A stretch of DNA of 64,000 bases from the NCBI GenBank assembly GCA_012972835.1, contig JABDHK010000004.1, forward strand, positions 153,530-217,529, written 5' to 3'. This DNA comes from Chlorobiaceae bacterium. Lineage in GTDB: Bacteria; Bacteroidota; Chlorobiia; Chlorobiales; Chlorobiaceae. A program made the translations under genes and the position numbers. A model generated the notes under the pieces. The model saw only the letters and a list, made by a program, of their open reading frames with translations. It did no database searches and was not told the DNA's origin. Positions 33,956-43,508 of this stretch are shown piece after piece (position 1 is the stretch's first letter; each line of letters starts with the position of its first letter).

Positions 33956-35383
33956 TCACACTTCAAGCTTCTTCAGAAGAACCTCATTAACCATCTTGGG
34001 ATTAGCTTTACCTTTCATACGGCTCATGCATTGTCCCACAAAAAAACCAAGCAGCTGGCTCTTACCGCTGCGATAAGCGGCAAGTTGACCAGGATTAGCC
34101 TCAAGAATTTCATCAACAACACTCTCAATCGCTCCGGTATCTGAAACCTGCAGAAGCCCTTCCCGTTCAACAATCTCCAAGGCAGAGACCCCGTTCTCCT
34201 GCATCAGTTCAAACACCTGCTTGGCAATGGTATTACTTATCATTCCATCACCAATAAGACGGACCAGCCCACCAAGTCTTTCCGGTTCAATCGAAAACTC
34301 CGCAATATCAAGATACTTCTCTTTAAGCGTACGCATCACCTCCCCCATTACCCAGTTCGAAGAGGCCTTGGTATCTCCCGAAACTCTGACGGTCGCCTCA
34401 AAATAATCAGCAACCTCTCTTTCAACAGTGAGAACAGCTGCATCATAGGCTGGAATGGCATACTCAGCCACAAAACGGCTTGCGCGAACTTCCGGAAACT
34501 CAGGCAGTTCACCAAGCATACGGTCAAGCATCTCCTGATCTACAAGCACAGGAACCAGATCAGGATCAGGGAAGTAACGATAGTCATGGGCAAACTCCTT
34601 CCCCCTCATCGAACGTGTCTCACCCTTGTCAGCATCCCAAAGCCGGGTCTCCTGTATAATAACACCGCCACTCTCAAGAATTTCCTGATGGCGCCCGGCC
34701 TCATACTCAATTGCTTTTTCAACATTCTTGAACGAGTTCATATTCTTGATTTCGGTTCGGGTACCATACTCCGTCGTACCAGCAGGACGCAGAGAAACGT
34801 TGGCATCACAGCGCAAGCTTCCCTCCTCCATGTTACCATCCGAAATACCAAGATATTTAACAATCTGCCGGACTTTCTGCAGATAAGCCGAAGCCTCCTT
34901 CGGAGTACGCATATCAGGATAACTGACAATTTCAAGCAATGGAACACCACTCCGATTGAGATCGATGTAGGTCTCCTCGCCAATATCATGAATCGACTTG
35001 CCAGCATCTTCCTCAATATGAATTCTGATCAGCCTGATAACCTTATTCCCCTCTCCGGCATCAACAGTAAGGGTTCCTTCACCGCAGATAGGCTCTTCAA
35101 ACTGTGAAATCTGGTACCCTTTCGGCAGATCAGGATAAAAATAGTTTTTCCGCGCAAGCACCGAATGGGGTGCAATAGTACAGCCCATTGCAAGACCAAG
35201 CTTCACGGCATCCTCCACCACACGACGGTTGAGTACAGGCAACGCTCCAGGAAGAGCAAGACAGACCGGACAGACATTACTGTTAGCAGGTTTTCCAAAC
35301 TGAGCAGAACAACCGCAAAAAGCCTTGCTCGCGGTATTAAGCTGACAATGCACCTCAAGGCCCACCACTAATTCATACTTCAT
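33956..35383 (-). CDS. gatB: Asp/Glu-tRNA(Asn/Gln) amidotransferase subunit B
   Basis: 475 aa, [24 protein letters not shown]...[17 protein letters not shown] is the canonical GatB N-terminus. Confidence 0.97.
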   Translation of the reverse strand: MKYELVVGLEVHCQLNTASKAFCGCSAQFGKPANSNVCPVCLALPGALPVLNRRVVEDAVKLGLAMGCTIAPHSVLARKNYFYPDLPKGYQISQFEEPICGEGTLTVDAGEGNKVIRLIRIHIEEDAGKSIHDIGEETYIDLNRSGVPLLEIVSYPDMRTPKEASAYLQKVRQIVKYLGISDGNMEEGSLRCDANVSLRPAGTTEYGTRTEIKNMNSFKNVEKAIEYEAGRHQEILESGGVIIQETRLWDADKGETRSMRGKEFAHDYRYFPDPDLVPVLVDQEMLDRMLGELPEFPEVRASRFVAEYAIPAYDAAVLTVEREVADYFEATVRVSGDTKASSNWVMGEVMRTLKEKYLDIAEFSIEPERLGGLVRLIGDGMISNTIAKQVFELMQENGVSALEIVEREGLLQVSDTGAIESVVDEILEANPGQLAAYRSGKSQLLGFFVGQCMSRMKGKANPKMVNEVLLKKLEV

Positions 35384-35455
35384 TGCAAAAATTAACGTTA
35401 TTGAAAAACATCGGTTTAAAATAACACCAGTGCTTCTCCTGCTTAAAAAAAATTA

Positions 35456-35992
35456 TCAGTACGGCTGATAGGAAAACTTCTGCCCGCCTACTGTCGCTTC
35501 AGCCATAATCCCAGCCTTCGGCAGAACAAAAACTGCTACACCATTGGAAAAGTCACTGTTGGTAGCCGCCCCCGTAGTAGCCACAATTCCCTCAACTTGA
35601 GCATTCAACTCATAATTACCTTTTTTGAAATTATCAAGCTCTTCCTTGTCCTTGAAGAATATGATTTCCGAAAAAGACTGACCACCAAGCTGCGGACCAA
35701 CATTGATCTGAGTAATAGTTGAATGCCCTACAAGATTATTAAGCTCATAGACATATCCATTACCATGCCCCCCTCCGACAATAAAATATCCTCCCTTGAA
35801 AACATCAGGAAAAACAACATAGCCATAAGCTTTTTCAAAAAAACGATCAAGCAATGGAGCATTCTTCCTGAAAAACTCAACACCAGCCTTCGCATGATCC
35901 TGTTCGGCAGGGTCCCACCCGGCCTTCGCTGTCGAAAAAAACAGTCCCACAATCATAAACGCAAGGATACCCACTCTTATCATCTTCATCAT
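35456..35992 (-). CDS. Secreted SYLF (Ysc84/DUF500) lipid-binding-domain protein
   Basis: Signal peptide (MMKMIRVGILAFMIVGLFFSTAKA), then YVVFPDVFKGGYFIVGGGHGNGYVY...GPQLGGQSFSEIIFF, which fits the SYLF pattern. Confidence 0.65.
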   Translation of the reverse strand: MMKMIRVGILAFMIVGLFFSTAKAGWDPAEQDHAKAGVEFFRKNAPLLDRFFEKAYGYVVFPDVFKGGYFIVGGGHGNGYVYELNNLVGHSTITQINVGPQLGGQSFSEIIFFKDKEELDNFKKGNYELNAQVEGIVATTGAATNSDFSNGVAVFVLPKAGIMAEATVGGQKFSYQPY

Positions 35993-36105
35993 TGGCGCTT
36001 ATTATATTTTTGTTTAATAAAAACCCGACATAAAAAACATGCACTGATATGCAAAAATAATGTACAATATTCACCGCAATAAATCGCCCAACTCCCATTT
36101 GATCT

Positions 36106-37428
36106 TTACTCTCCAGCTTCAAGCTCCCGCTTCAGCGCCTCACGCTCTATTTCAAGACGGCGAATCTCACGGTTAATCCTGTCGAGTTCCTCCGGGCTGC
36201 TGTCTATTTCAAGCCTGAGTCGCGAAGAGGCCTCGTCTATCAGATCGATAGCCTTATCGGGTAGAAAACGATCTGAAATATACCGATTCGACAGCTCAGC
36301 AGCTGCAACGATAGCAGCATCCTTGATACGCACACCATGATGAATCTCGTATTTCTCCTTGAGACCACGCAAAATGGAAACCGTGTCCTCTACACTCGGC
36401 TGATCGACCAGTACGGTCTGAAACCGGCGCTCAAGCGCGGCATCTTTTTCAATATGCTTGCGGTACTCGTCCAGCGTCGTCGCGCCGATACAGCGCAGTT
36501 CCCCTCGAGCAAGCGCAGGTTTGAGAATATTGGCCGCATCCATTGACCCCTCGGCAGAACCCGCTCCAACAAGCAGATGAATTTCATCAATAAAAAGAAT
36601 AATCTCGCCAGCTGACGCCTGAACCTCACGCACAACAGCCTTCAGCCGCTCCTCAAACTCCCCGCGAAACTTCGCTCCGGCAACAAGCTGAGCAATATCA
36701 AGCGCAGCAATCTGCTTGCTCTTCAGGTTTTCAGGAACATCACCAGCTACGATACGCTGCGCAATTCCCTCAACAAGAGCGGTCTTGCCTACCCCGGGAT
36801 CACCAATCAATACCGGATTGTTCTTGGTGCGACGGCTGAGAATCTGCAGCACCCTGCGAATCTCCTCATCACGTCCGATAACCGGATCGAGTTTACCCTT
36901 TCGTGCCTGGTCGTTCAGGTTGCGCGAATATTTTTTCAGCGAATTATAGGTCTCTTCTGCGCTCTGACTGGTCACGCGCTGCGTCCCCCTTATGGTGGTC
37001 AGCACCTTGAGAATGGCTTCGCGGTTAATACCCGCGTCCTTCAGCATACGCGAAACGTTGAGCCCTGCTTCACTCAGCGCAATAAGCAGGTGCTCTGAGC
37101 TGATATAGTCATCTTTCAGCTTTTCAGCCTCTTTCAAGGCCACATCAAAAACCTTTCCGAGGTTCTGCGAAAGATACTGCCCCGTAGCCGACGCGCCTGT
37201 TACCCTTGGAATTCTCTCTATTTCGCGATCAAGTGCCGCAAGCAGGTTTTCTGCAGAAACTTCCAGCTTCTGCGCTATCTGCACCGCAATACTGCTTTTA
37301 TCTTCAAGCATGGCCAAAAGAAGATGTTCCGGCTCTATCTGCTGGTGCTGCCTGCTGCTGGCCAGCGCTGATGCCGACTGTAATGCCTCCTGGGCTTTTA
37401 CCGTAAATTTGTTGGGATCAAACTGCAT
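36106..37428 (-). CDS. clpB: ClpB-type disaggregase, N-terminal half only (N-domain + AAA-1 + start of the M-domain coiled coil)
   Basis: 440 aa with the Clp_N repeats, Walker [14 protein letters not shown], Walker B ILFIDEIH, and sensor [23 protein letters not shown]. The ORF stops in the coiled coil (...[20 protein letters not shown]). No AAA-2 coding sequence is present in the 113 nt before the next gene. Confidence 0.85.
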   Translation of the reverse strand: MQFDPNKFTVKAQEALQSASALASSRQHQQIEPEHLLLAMLEDKSSIAVQIAQKLEVSAENLLAALDREIERIPRVTGASATGQYLSQNLGKVFDVALKEAEKLKDDYISSEHLLIALSEAGLNVSRMLKDAGINREAILKVLTTIRGTQRVTSQSAEETYNSLKKYSRNLNDQARKGKLDPVIGRDEEIRRVLQILSRRTKNNPVLIGDPGVGKTALVEGIAQRIVAGDVPENLKSKQIAALDIAQLVAGAKFRGEFEERLKAVVREVQASAGEIILFIDEIHLLVGAGSAEGSMDAANILKPALARGELRCIGATTLDEYRKHIEKDAALERRFQTVLVDQPSVEDTVSILRGLKEKYEIHHGVRIKDAAIVAAAELSNRYISDRFLPDKAIDLIDEASSRLRLEIDSSPEELDRINREIRRLEIEREALKRELEAGE

Positions 37429-37576
37429 GATTCTAATTGTTTTGGTTTTCGGTTCTTAACATAGAGGTATATTCCTGGTGGGGAAGCTTACCTCAACGCC
37501 ATAGAAACTACTTACGATATAACAATACAAATGCAAAAAAAGTTAACAGATGCAAATAGACGGGGTGCCATACCGG

Positions 37577-37618
37577 AAAGAAAAAAAGGTTGCGGCATTA
37601 TATGCTGCCGTAACCTTT
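37577..37618 (-). terminator. Intrinsic terminator after the 94-aa gene and upstream of clpB
   Basis: The minus-strand RNA reads AAAGGUUACGGCA-(8 nt)-UGCCGCAACCUUU followed by UUUUCUUU, with one A.C mismatch in the stem. Confidence 0.65.
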
Positions 37619-37678
37619 AAAACTCTTAAAACGGGCTATCCCATCACCCAGCTTTTGCGTCATCAGAAATGAGGAGAA

Positions 37679-37963
37679 TTATTCCTCTGGTGGTTTCGGC
37701 CAATTTTTTATGACAGAACTTAAAACCTGCCGGAAAATCTGTGCACTTGTAGAAAGCAGTTCAGCACTTTTCTCCTGAATGTGGCGCTGCGTATCAAGCT
37801 GATCCTTGAAAAGTTCCACACTTGCCGGATCATAATTTCCCTGGTTGACATAGTCGTCAATAACCTCTTCAGCTTCAACAAAGGGCAAATTAAAAACCTT
37901 AAACCCAAGCTTTGCCCGTTCAAGAGGGTCAAGAGCTTTCTGACTGGTGTTCTGCTGCTCCAT
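37679..37963 (-). CDS. Hypothetical acidic protein (94 aa)
   Basis: Clean ORF with its own downstream terminator. I recognise no motif. Confidence 0.5.
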   Translation of the reverse strand: MEQQNTSQKALDPLERAKLGFKVFNLPFVEAEEVIDDYVNQGNYDPASVELFKDQLDTQRHIQEKSAELLSTSAQIFRQVLSSVIKNWPKPPEE

Positions 37964-38082
37964 AACATTTCTGTTTTTCTTCTATAAAAAGCACTCTCAT
38001 CTCATGATAATAACGGAAATATAACATTGTTTTTCAACAAGAATTGAAACAAAGAGCCTGCTGAACCACAGTGGCAGCCCCA

Positions 38083-39105
38083 TTACCATCGCTTTCCTCC
38101 ACCTCTTCCTGTCATTGTTTCAGCAAGTAGAAAAAAAAGAGCTGCCGCAAGAAAATATTGAGCAAGCGGCACACGCTCTATGGGCTCCATCACCCAGCGC
38201 GATGATGCCGCAATGCGATTAATCTTTTCGGAAATTTCATTATCAGCAGTATGATCCGCCTTACTGCGAAAATAAAAACCGCCCGCTTCATGGGCCAGTT
38301 TCTGCAGTGCCTCACCCCTGAAACTTGTCATCACAGCTTTGCCGCCTTCATCCAGCTTAATCCCTTCTCCACTCCCACCCAACGGAATCTCGACCGGCAA
38401 ATTCATACCAACGCCTACGACAAAAACATGAATCCCCTTCATTTTCATCTTTTTAGCCTCCACCATAAAATCTCCGGCATGATCTTCACCATCACTCAGC
38501 AGAACAACAATTTTCTCACCTTTTATGCCTGATTCCGGATGGCTATCTGTTTCTGGTTTAAGTAGTTTTTCGGAAAGCTCCAGTGCAGAGCGAAAAACAG
38601 TACCCTGCTCCTCAATAAGATCAGGTGAGGCCATGCCAAGCAATGCCTCGAACGCTTCCTGATCAGTAGTGAGAGGACACTGAACGAGAGGAGCAGCCGC
38701 AAAAAGCAGAATAGCTCTCCTTCCTCCATTAACAGTACGACTGATACCGATAATTTCCTGTTTCGCCTGAGCGAGCCGGTCTGGAAGGACATCCCTTGCT
38801 CTCATGCTGCGGGAAACATCAAGCACAAAAACCATATCGGCACCTTTACGCAAGACCGGCCTGCCGCCACTGCTTAGCCGAGGGCCACTCATGGAAAAAA
38901 GTAAAAAGCCAATACCACAGAAGAGCAACACTTTTTTCAGAATGAGAAGCTCAAACCGTGAACCGGGCATTAAGGTATCAGCCATAAGCGGAGTGGCAAC
39001 CATCTCACGCGCATGAAGCTGCCTGATTACCCCATAGCCGAGAATCACAGCAAGAGGAATCAGCAACAACAGGAAGCCAATATTTTCTGGCCATGCAAAA
39101 CTCAT
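38083..39105 (-). CDS. batB: vWA-domain membrane protein, BatB-like
   Basis: Two N-terminal TM helices, a MIDAS motif (VLDVSRSM), a vWA fold and a C-terminal TM helix. It lies directly downstream of a BatA-like paralogue. Confidence 0.8.
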   Translation of the reverse strand: MSFAWPENIGFLLLLIPLAVILGYGVIRQLHAREMVATPLMADTLMPGSRFELLILKKVLLFCGIGFLLFSMSGPRLSSGGRPVLRKGADMVFVLDVSRSMRARDVLPDRLAQAKQEIIGISRTVNGGRRAILLFAAAPLVQCPLTTDQEAFEALLGMASPDLIEEQGTVFRSALELSEKLLKPETDSHPESGIKGEKIVVLLSDGEDHAGDFMVEAKKMKMKGIHVFVVGVGMNLPVEIPLGGSGEGIKLDEGGKAVMTSFRGEALQKLAHEAGGFYFRSKADHTADNEISEKINRIAASSRWVMEPIERVPLAQYFLAAALFFLLAETMTGRGGGKRW

Positions 39106-39135
39106 AGGTGTAATCCAGTCCTATTGGTACTCAGA

Positions 39136-40146
39136 TTAAGGTATCCGGAGAAGCCGGGTATTAGACAACATGATTTCAAGGAAAAGCAACGTTGCCACCA
39201 CAACCAGCAAACGAGTAAACAACTCTGAACGACGTTCCATTACACTCCCTGTAAGCCGTTTTTTTTCCAGCCGGTCTATAGCTCTCATGGTTTCATCAAA
39301 TGCAGCCGGATCCTTCACCCCGAAATACTGACCACCAGTGATTCGTGCAATACCATGAAGCGACTCCTCAGCTAACTCCGAATTAACCCCTTTTTCACTG
39401 GGTAAATCCATTCGATAGCCGGATGTTTTAAAACCAGCGTTAATGGCATATATCCTGATCCCACTCTGCACAGCCAATCCCGCCGCCGTTGCAGGGGCTA
39501 CCTCCCCGGCATTATTTTCACCATCCGTGACAAGAATGATAACCTTGTGCGACGACTCCGATGCTTTCAGCCTGTTGACAGCAATAAGGATCGCCGTACC
39601 AATGGCCGTACCTTCATCCTGAATCACACCTGGGGTGAGGTGGTCGAGCAGCATTGCAAGAACATCATGATCCAGCGTCAACGGACACTGCGTATATCCC
39701 TTTCCCCGGAATACCACCAGTCCAATCCGGTCGTTCGGCCTGTGCATTACAAAGTTGCGGGCAACCTCCCTTGCAACATCAAGACGACTTTCACCGGCAA
39801 AATCCTTCTGCAACATTGATTCGGAAATATCAAGAGCAAGAATGACATCAATACCCATCACTTCAGCTTCCGTCTGACGGTAAAGAAGGTAGGGCCCTGT
39901 CATGGCAATCACCAACAGAAAAAGAGCACTCCACCGCAGCCACTGAGGCAGTAACCGCATGATACGACCAACCGCAAATCCTGCATCACGCAGCCGTTCA
40001 ATACCCGGAAAAAGTATAACCGGAACTTGCCCCAATCGCACACGCCTCTCCCTGAACCACGCCGCCACAATAAGCGCAGGCAACAAAAGCAGCCACCAGG
40101 GCTCTGTCAGCTCAAAGCTGGGTAAACGGGCAAACCACTCCTGCAT
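39136..40146 (-). CDS. batA: vWA-domain membrane protein, BatA-like
   Basis: N-terminal WWLLLLP TM helices, a MIDAS motif (LALDISESM), ...ILVTDGENN, and a C-terminal TM helix. Confidence 0.8.
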   Translation of the reverse strand: MQEWFARLPSFELTEPWWLLLLPALIVAAWFRERRVRLGQVPVILFPGIERLRDAGFAVGRIMRLLPQWLRWSALFLLVIAMTGPYLLYRQTEAEVMGIDVILALDISESMLQKDFAGESRLDVAREVARNFVMHRPNDRIGLVVFRGKGYTQCPLTLDHDVLAMLLDHLTPGVIQDEGTAIGTAILIAVNRLKASESSHKVIILVTDGENNAGEVAPATAAGLAVQSGIRIYAINAGFKTSGYRMDLPSEKGVNSELAEESLHGIARITGGQYFGVKDPAAFDETMRAIDRLEKKRLTGSVMERRSELFTRLLVVVATLLFLEIMLSNTRLLRIP

Positions 40147-40372
40147 AAGCGAAACATTTTACCTCAAAGATGCAAAAACCCCGGCTAAATTCCCCCCTGC
40201 AGAAGAGCGATTGTGAAAGCTCGACATCCCATTGAAGTATTCAAGACAAAACACACATACATTACAATTAGTACCACTCCAATATTTTTTCTAAACTAAC
40301 AACTTTTGTGATGAATTTTTTTTAGTTCAATATCAAGTTGCAGAGAAGCTTGATATTCGGTAAGTGTGGTGA

Positions 40373-41263
40373 TCAATTCGCTGACGTTTCTGAAATTTTG
40401 TTGATGCGTAAAAAAAGATTTACTCCCAATGGTTCGCTTACAACAGTGATATTCTTCTGCTCAATACCAGCCTCTAATGCTAAAACAATAAGTTCCTGCT
40501 TGCTCCTATGATGAAGAAACCATTTCCCAAATAGTTCCATATATTTTCTTGTTGGATTATTATTGGAAAAATTACCAATAACAAGAAGCCCATTTGGCTC
40601 TATATATGCATGCAATCTATTCAATAGAAAAACAAACTTTTTATTATCAAGATAGTCAAAAACACCAGCAGACCATATTATACTATAGTGTTGATCAGGT
40701 TTAAATTTAAATACATTTTTATTAAAAAATCTAATCCTATCTAAATAAGAAATGCATAATTTTGATGCATACTCAATAGCCATTTGATCATAATCAACAC
40801 AATCAAAAATAATATTAGTATACGGATTGTTTTGAAAAAACTCCAACATATCCCTACCTGGGCCACTACCGACATTCAAAACATGAAGTTTTTTATTTAT
40901 TATCTCAGATGAAGCCAATAAATTCAAAAAAAACTCTTTTCTGTTTCTTACAGCTATTGTTGCTTCTTGTGTATGAAAAAATTCATCCCATTTTCGAAAA
41001 TTTTCATTTTCTGACTTTGATTTTATATAGATTCTATCTATAATTTCATAATCACCGGAATAACCATGAGGCTTGTGAAAGGCAAAACCTTGCATTGATT
41101 CCTCAGATAGCGCCGGTAATATAATGTCAAGGAAATCGTGATATTGGATTTCAGAAGATGCTTGTTCCAAGCGGGCACCAATAAGCTCAATAGCAATACG
41201 TAAGGCATGATAATCTGATTGATCGGGACCGTTTTGGTCTACTATCTTTTTTATAAATTCCAA
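40373..41263 (-). CDS. Class I SAM-dependent methyltransferase with a ~120-aa N-terminal extension
   Basis: 296 aa. Motif I is LHVLNVGSGPGRDMLEF, with the post-I acidic residue in FDCVDYD, then IIWSAGVFDYL and NGLLVIGNF. It has a TTG start preceded by AGGAAAGGAG 7 nt upstream. Confidence 0.8.
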   Translation of the reverse strand: MEFIKKIVDQNGPDQSDYHALRIAIELIGARLEQASSEIQYHDFLDIILPALSEESMQGFAFHKPHGYSGDYEIIDRIYIKSKSENENFRKWDEFFHTQEATIAVRNRKEFFLNLLASSEIINKKLHVLNVGSGPGRDMLEFFQNNPYTNIIFDCVDYDQMAIEYASKLCISYLDRIRFFNKNVFKFKPDQHYSIIWSAGVFDYLDNKKFVFLLNRLHAYIEPNGLLVIGNFSNNNPTRKYMELFGKWFLHHRSKQELIVLALEAGIEQKNITVVSEPLGVNLFLRINKISETSAN

Positions 41264-41396
41264 AAGAATACTCCTTTCCTATATTGTGATAACGTAAAAT
41301 TCCATAAAAATTTTCTATGGAGCCCCAATGTTAAATAAAGTTGCTTCCATTGTATCTTGAAGATGCACTGACAATTGCAGAGAATAACCATGTAAT

Positions 41397-43508
41397 TTAT
41401 TTCTGAGCCCTCATCAACTGCCCAATTTTTCTTATAAGTATCTGGTTGTCGACCGGTTTAACAAGGTAATCATTCATTCCTGCCTCAATTGCTTTAAATA
41501 TTTCTTTTTCATCTGATTCACCACTAAGCCCTATAATAGGAATATCCTTCAAACGAATATTTTGATGAGTGCGAATTTGTCGGGTTGTCTCAAGTCCGTC
41601 AATTCCAGGCATCTGAATATCCATCAGAATAAGGTTACAATCAAGGTTATCATCTTGCAGATGTTTAAGTGCCTCTATTCCATTGACCGCTTCAATAACC
41701 TTAAAATGAAATTTTTCAAGCAACCATCGGAGAGAGATCCTGATGACATTTGCATCGTCCACAATCAAAACAGTCATGCTGTGAAATGCATGTTGACCAT
41801 TAAAATATTTTTGATTGAATATCGTAGCCATACTCTTTATCAGCTCAAACTCCTGAACAGGCTTTGTAATAAACCCTTGCATTCCAACTTTTTCTGTTTT
41901 GGCGCGAGCTATATAGGGTGGATCAGCAGAATAGCCTACAATTGGAATGTCAAGGGATAATCCCCCTGCTTTTCCAGTTCTTATTGCTTCAGTTGTTTCA
42001 AAGCCATTCATGACGGGCATGCTCAGGTTCATCAACAGAGCATCATAGTGGTTTTGCTTTACCATCTCTATTGCTTCTTGTCCATCACTTGCTTCGTCTA
42101 TATCAGTTTGAAATGGTTTAAGATAGTTTATCACTAAATTTCTGTCTGAAGGCTTGTCATCAATCACAAGAAGTCGTTTGTCTTGGAAAGCCTCAAGATA
42201 TTCATCGATTATTCTTGTTCTGTATTCTACAATATCTTTCTCATTAACTATAGGAAAAGTCAGCATAAACTCTGTATACTTTCCCAATACTGAATGGCAA
42301 ACAATATCACCTTTGAAAGCTTTCATAACTCTTTTACAGTAAGAAAGACCTAGCCCTGTACCCCCTTTTTTTCCTGAGGTATAATAAGCCTCGAAAAGCT
42401 TTATAAGGTTCTCTGCTGGTATTCCCGGTCCTGTATCCTTGACATAAACCCGGTTATACAAAGCTTCTTTTTGAATGCGAATGGATATCCGTGCATCCGG
42501 ATAGGATTTCATGAAATAAAAAGCATTGATAATCAGATTGAAAAGTACAAAAACATACAATGTCTCATCTGCTTTGATAATAAAGTCTTCATGACACTCC
42601 AATGTTAATTTATGCCGTTCAGAGTCTGACTCGTAACTGTACTCATCAAGTGCTTTTCGGGTAATTGTAAAACAGGAATAATAAGTTAAAATTTGTTGAT
42701 TTATAGTCTGGTTTTTTGTTTCACTGAGTATCATGTCTATAATCTGCGCTCCACGAGCAACAGCCATCTTTCCCTGTGCTACGCATAGATAAACTTGATT
42801 GAGACCTTCGGTAGATAAATGTTTTTGATTCGAATGCTTGATTGGAATTTCAGATAATATCCGATCAAAACTGTATTTTACCTGCGCTAAAGGATTTCGC
42901 ATTTCGTGGGCAATACTCGATGCAAGCATTTGCAATACCGTATTGTTTTCCATAGCAATAACCCCTTTCAGGTTGCTTATACTGAACATAAAGCCAGCCA
43001 GAATGGAAAAAATAGCAACAATAGTATAATGTCCAATATTGAATTTTGGATCGAGAGTCACATAAGGAGGTATCAAGAAAAAAGCTATAAATGCGGCTGC
43101 AGTCCCAATACATAAATCAAACATAAACATGAAAAAATTTGGAACAAATGATATAAGCACAAAAATCATGAAAACTTCCCAAGCTAACCAGGGTTCTTCA
43201 AAATTGTTCTTGAGTGCAAAAAGAGTGATAATGAATGGCAGGACATAAATAAGCATTGTATGCCATAAGATGGCAAAATTCTTTTGGAGAAAATTGGGGG
43301 ATTTAATTTTGAAAAGAACAGCAAGACAGAGCGCTACCCCGATAAGGCGAACAGAAAGATTTTCCCACTTATTATGAAATATATATTTGTAAACAAAATA
43401 CAGCAAAAAATGTCCAGAAGCCCCTATAATAGAACCAACAATTAAATTAAAATTTGAAATCTGGGTTCCTTGACGAAATGAAGATTGTATAAAATTTGTG
43501 ACCTTCAT
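41397..43508 (-). CDS. Hybrid sensor histidine kinase, CqsS/LqsS-like multi-TM sensor domain + HisKA/HATPase + two receiver domains
   Basis: 703 aa.
- Residues ~20-185 form about 6 hydrophobic helices with no periplasmic domain.
- H-box SSIAHEMRNPL (His-201).
- N-box LFNLIINAFYF, G1 VKDTGPGIP, G2 GGTGLGLSY.
- REC1, residues ~445-565, has Asn-494 where the phospho-Asp is expected (LLMNLSMP).
- REC2, residues ~578-700, is canonical (LILMDIQMPGIDG, Asp-630, ...VKP). Confidence 0.85.
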   Translation of the reverse strand: MKVTNFIQSSFRQGTQISNFNLIVGSIIGASGHFLLYFVYKYIFHNKWENLSVRLIGVALCLAVLFKIKSPNFLQKNFAILWHTMLIYVLPFIITLFALKNNFEEPWLAWEVFMIFVLISFVPNFFMFMFDLCIGTAAAFIAFFLIPPYVTLDPKFNIGHYTIVAIFSILAGFMFSISNLKGVIAMENNTVLQMLASSIAHEMRNPLAQVKYSFDRILSEIPIKHSNQKHLSTEGLNQVYLCVAQGKMAVARGAQIIDMILSETKNQTINQQILTYYSCFTITRKALDEYSYESDSERHKLTLECHEDFIIKADETLYVFVLFNLIINAFYFMKSYPDARISIRIQKEALYNRVYVKDTGPGIPAENLIKLFEAYYTSGKKGGTGLGLSYCKRVMKAFKGDIVCHSVLGKYTEFMLTFPIVNEKDIVEYRTRIIDEYLEAFQDKRLLVIDDKPSDRNLVINYLKPFQTDIDEASDGQEAIEMVKQNHYDALLMNLSMPVMNGFETTEAIRTGKAGGLSLDIPIVGYSADPPYIARAKTEKVGMQGFITKPVQEFELIKSMATIFNQKYFNGQHAFHSMTVLIVDDANVIRISLRWLLEKFHFKVIEAVNGIEALKHLQDDNLDCNLILMDIQMPGIDGLETTRQIRTHQNIRLKDIPIIGLSGESDEKEIFKAIEAGMNDYLVKPVDNQILIRKIGQLMRAQK

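Noticed and set aside
37429-37576. Region upstream of clpB, searched for a heat-shock control element (a CIRCE inverted repeat or a sigma-32-type promoter).
   Set aside because: No TTAGCACTC-N9-GAGTGCTAA-like repeat is present. The only CCCCA-containing stretch has the wrong spacing from any TTGA-like -35 element.
40329-40357. 9-bp inverted repeat (AATATCAAG-N11-CTTGATATT) just downstream of the islet methyltransferase, considered as a terminator or islet boundary repeat.
   Set aside because: On the gene's strand it is followed by an A-run rather than a U-run, the stem is AT-rich and weak, and no matching copy lies at the other islet border.
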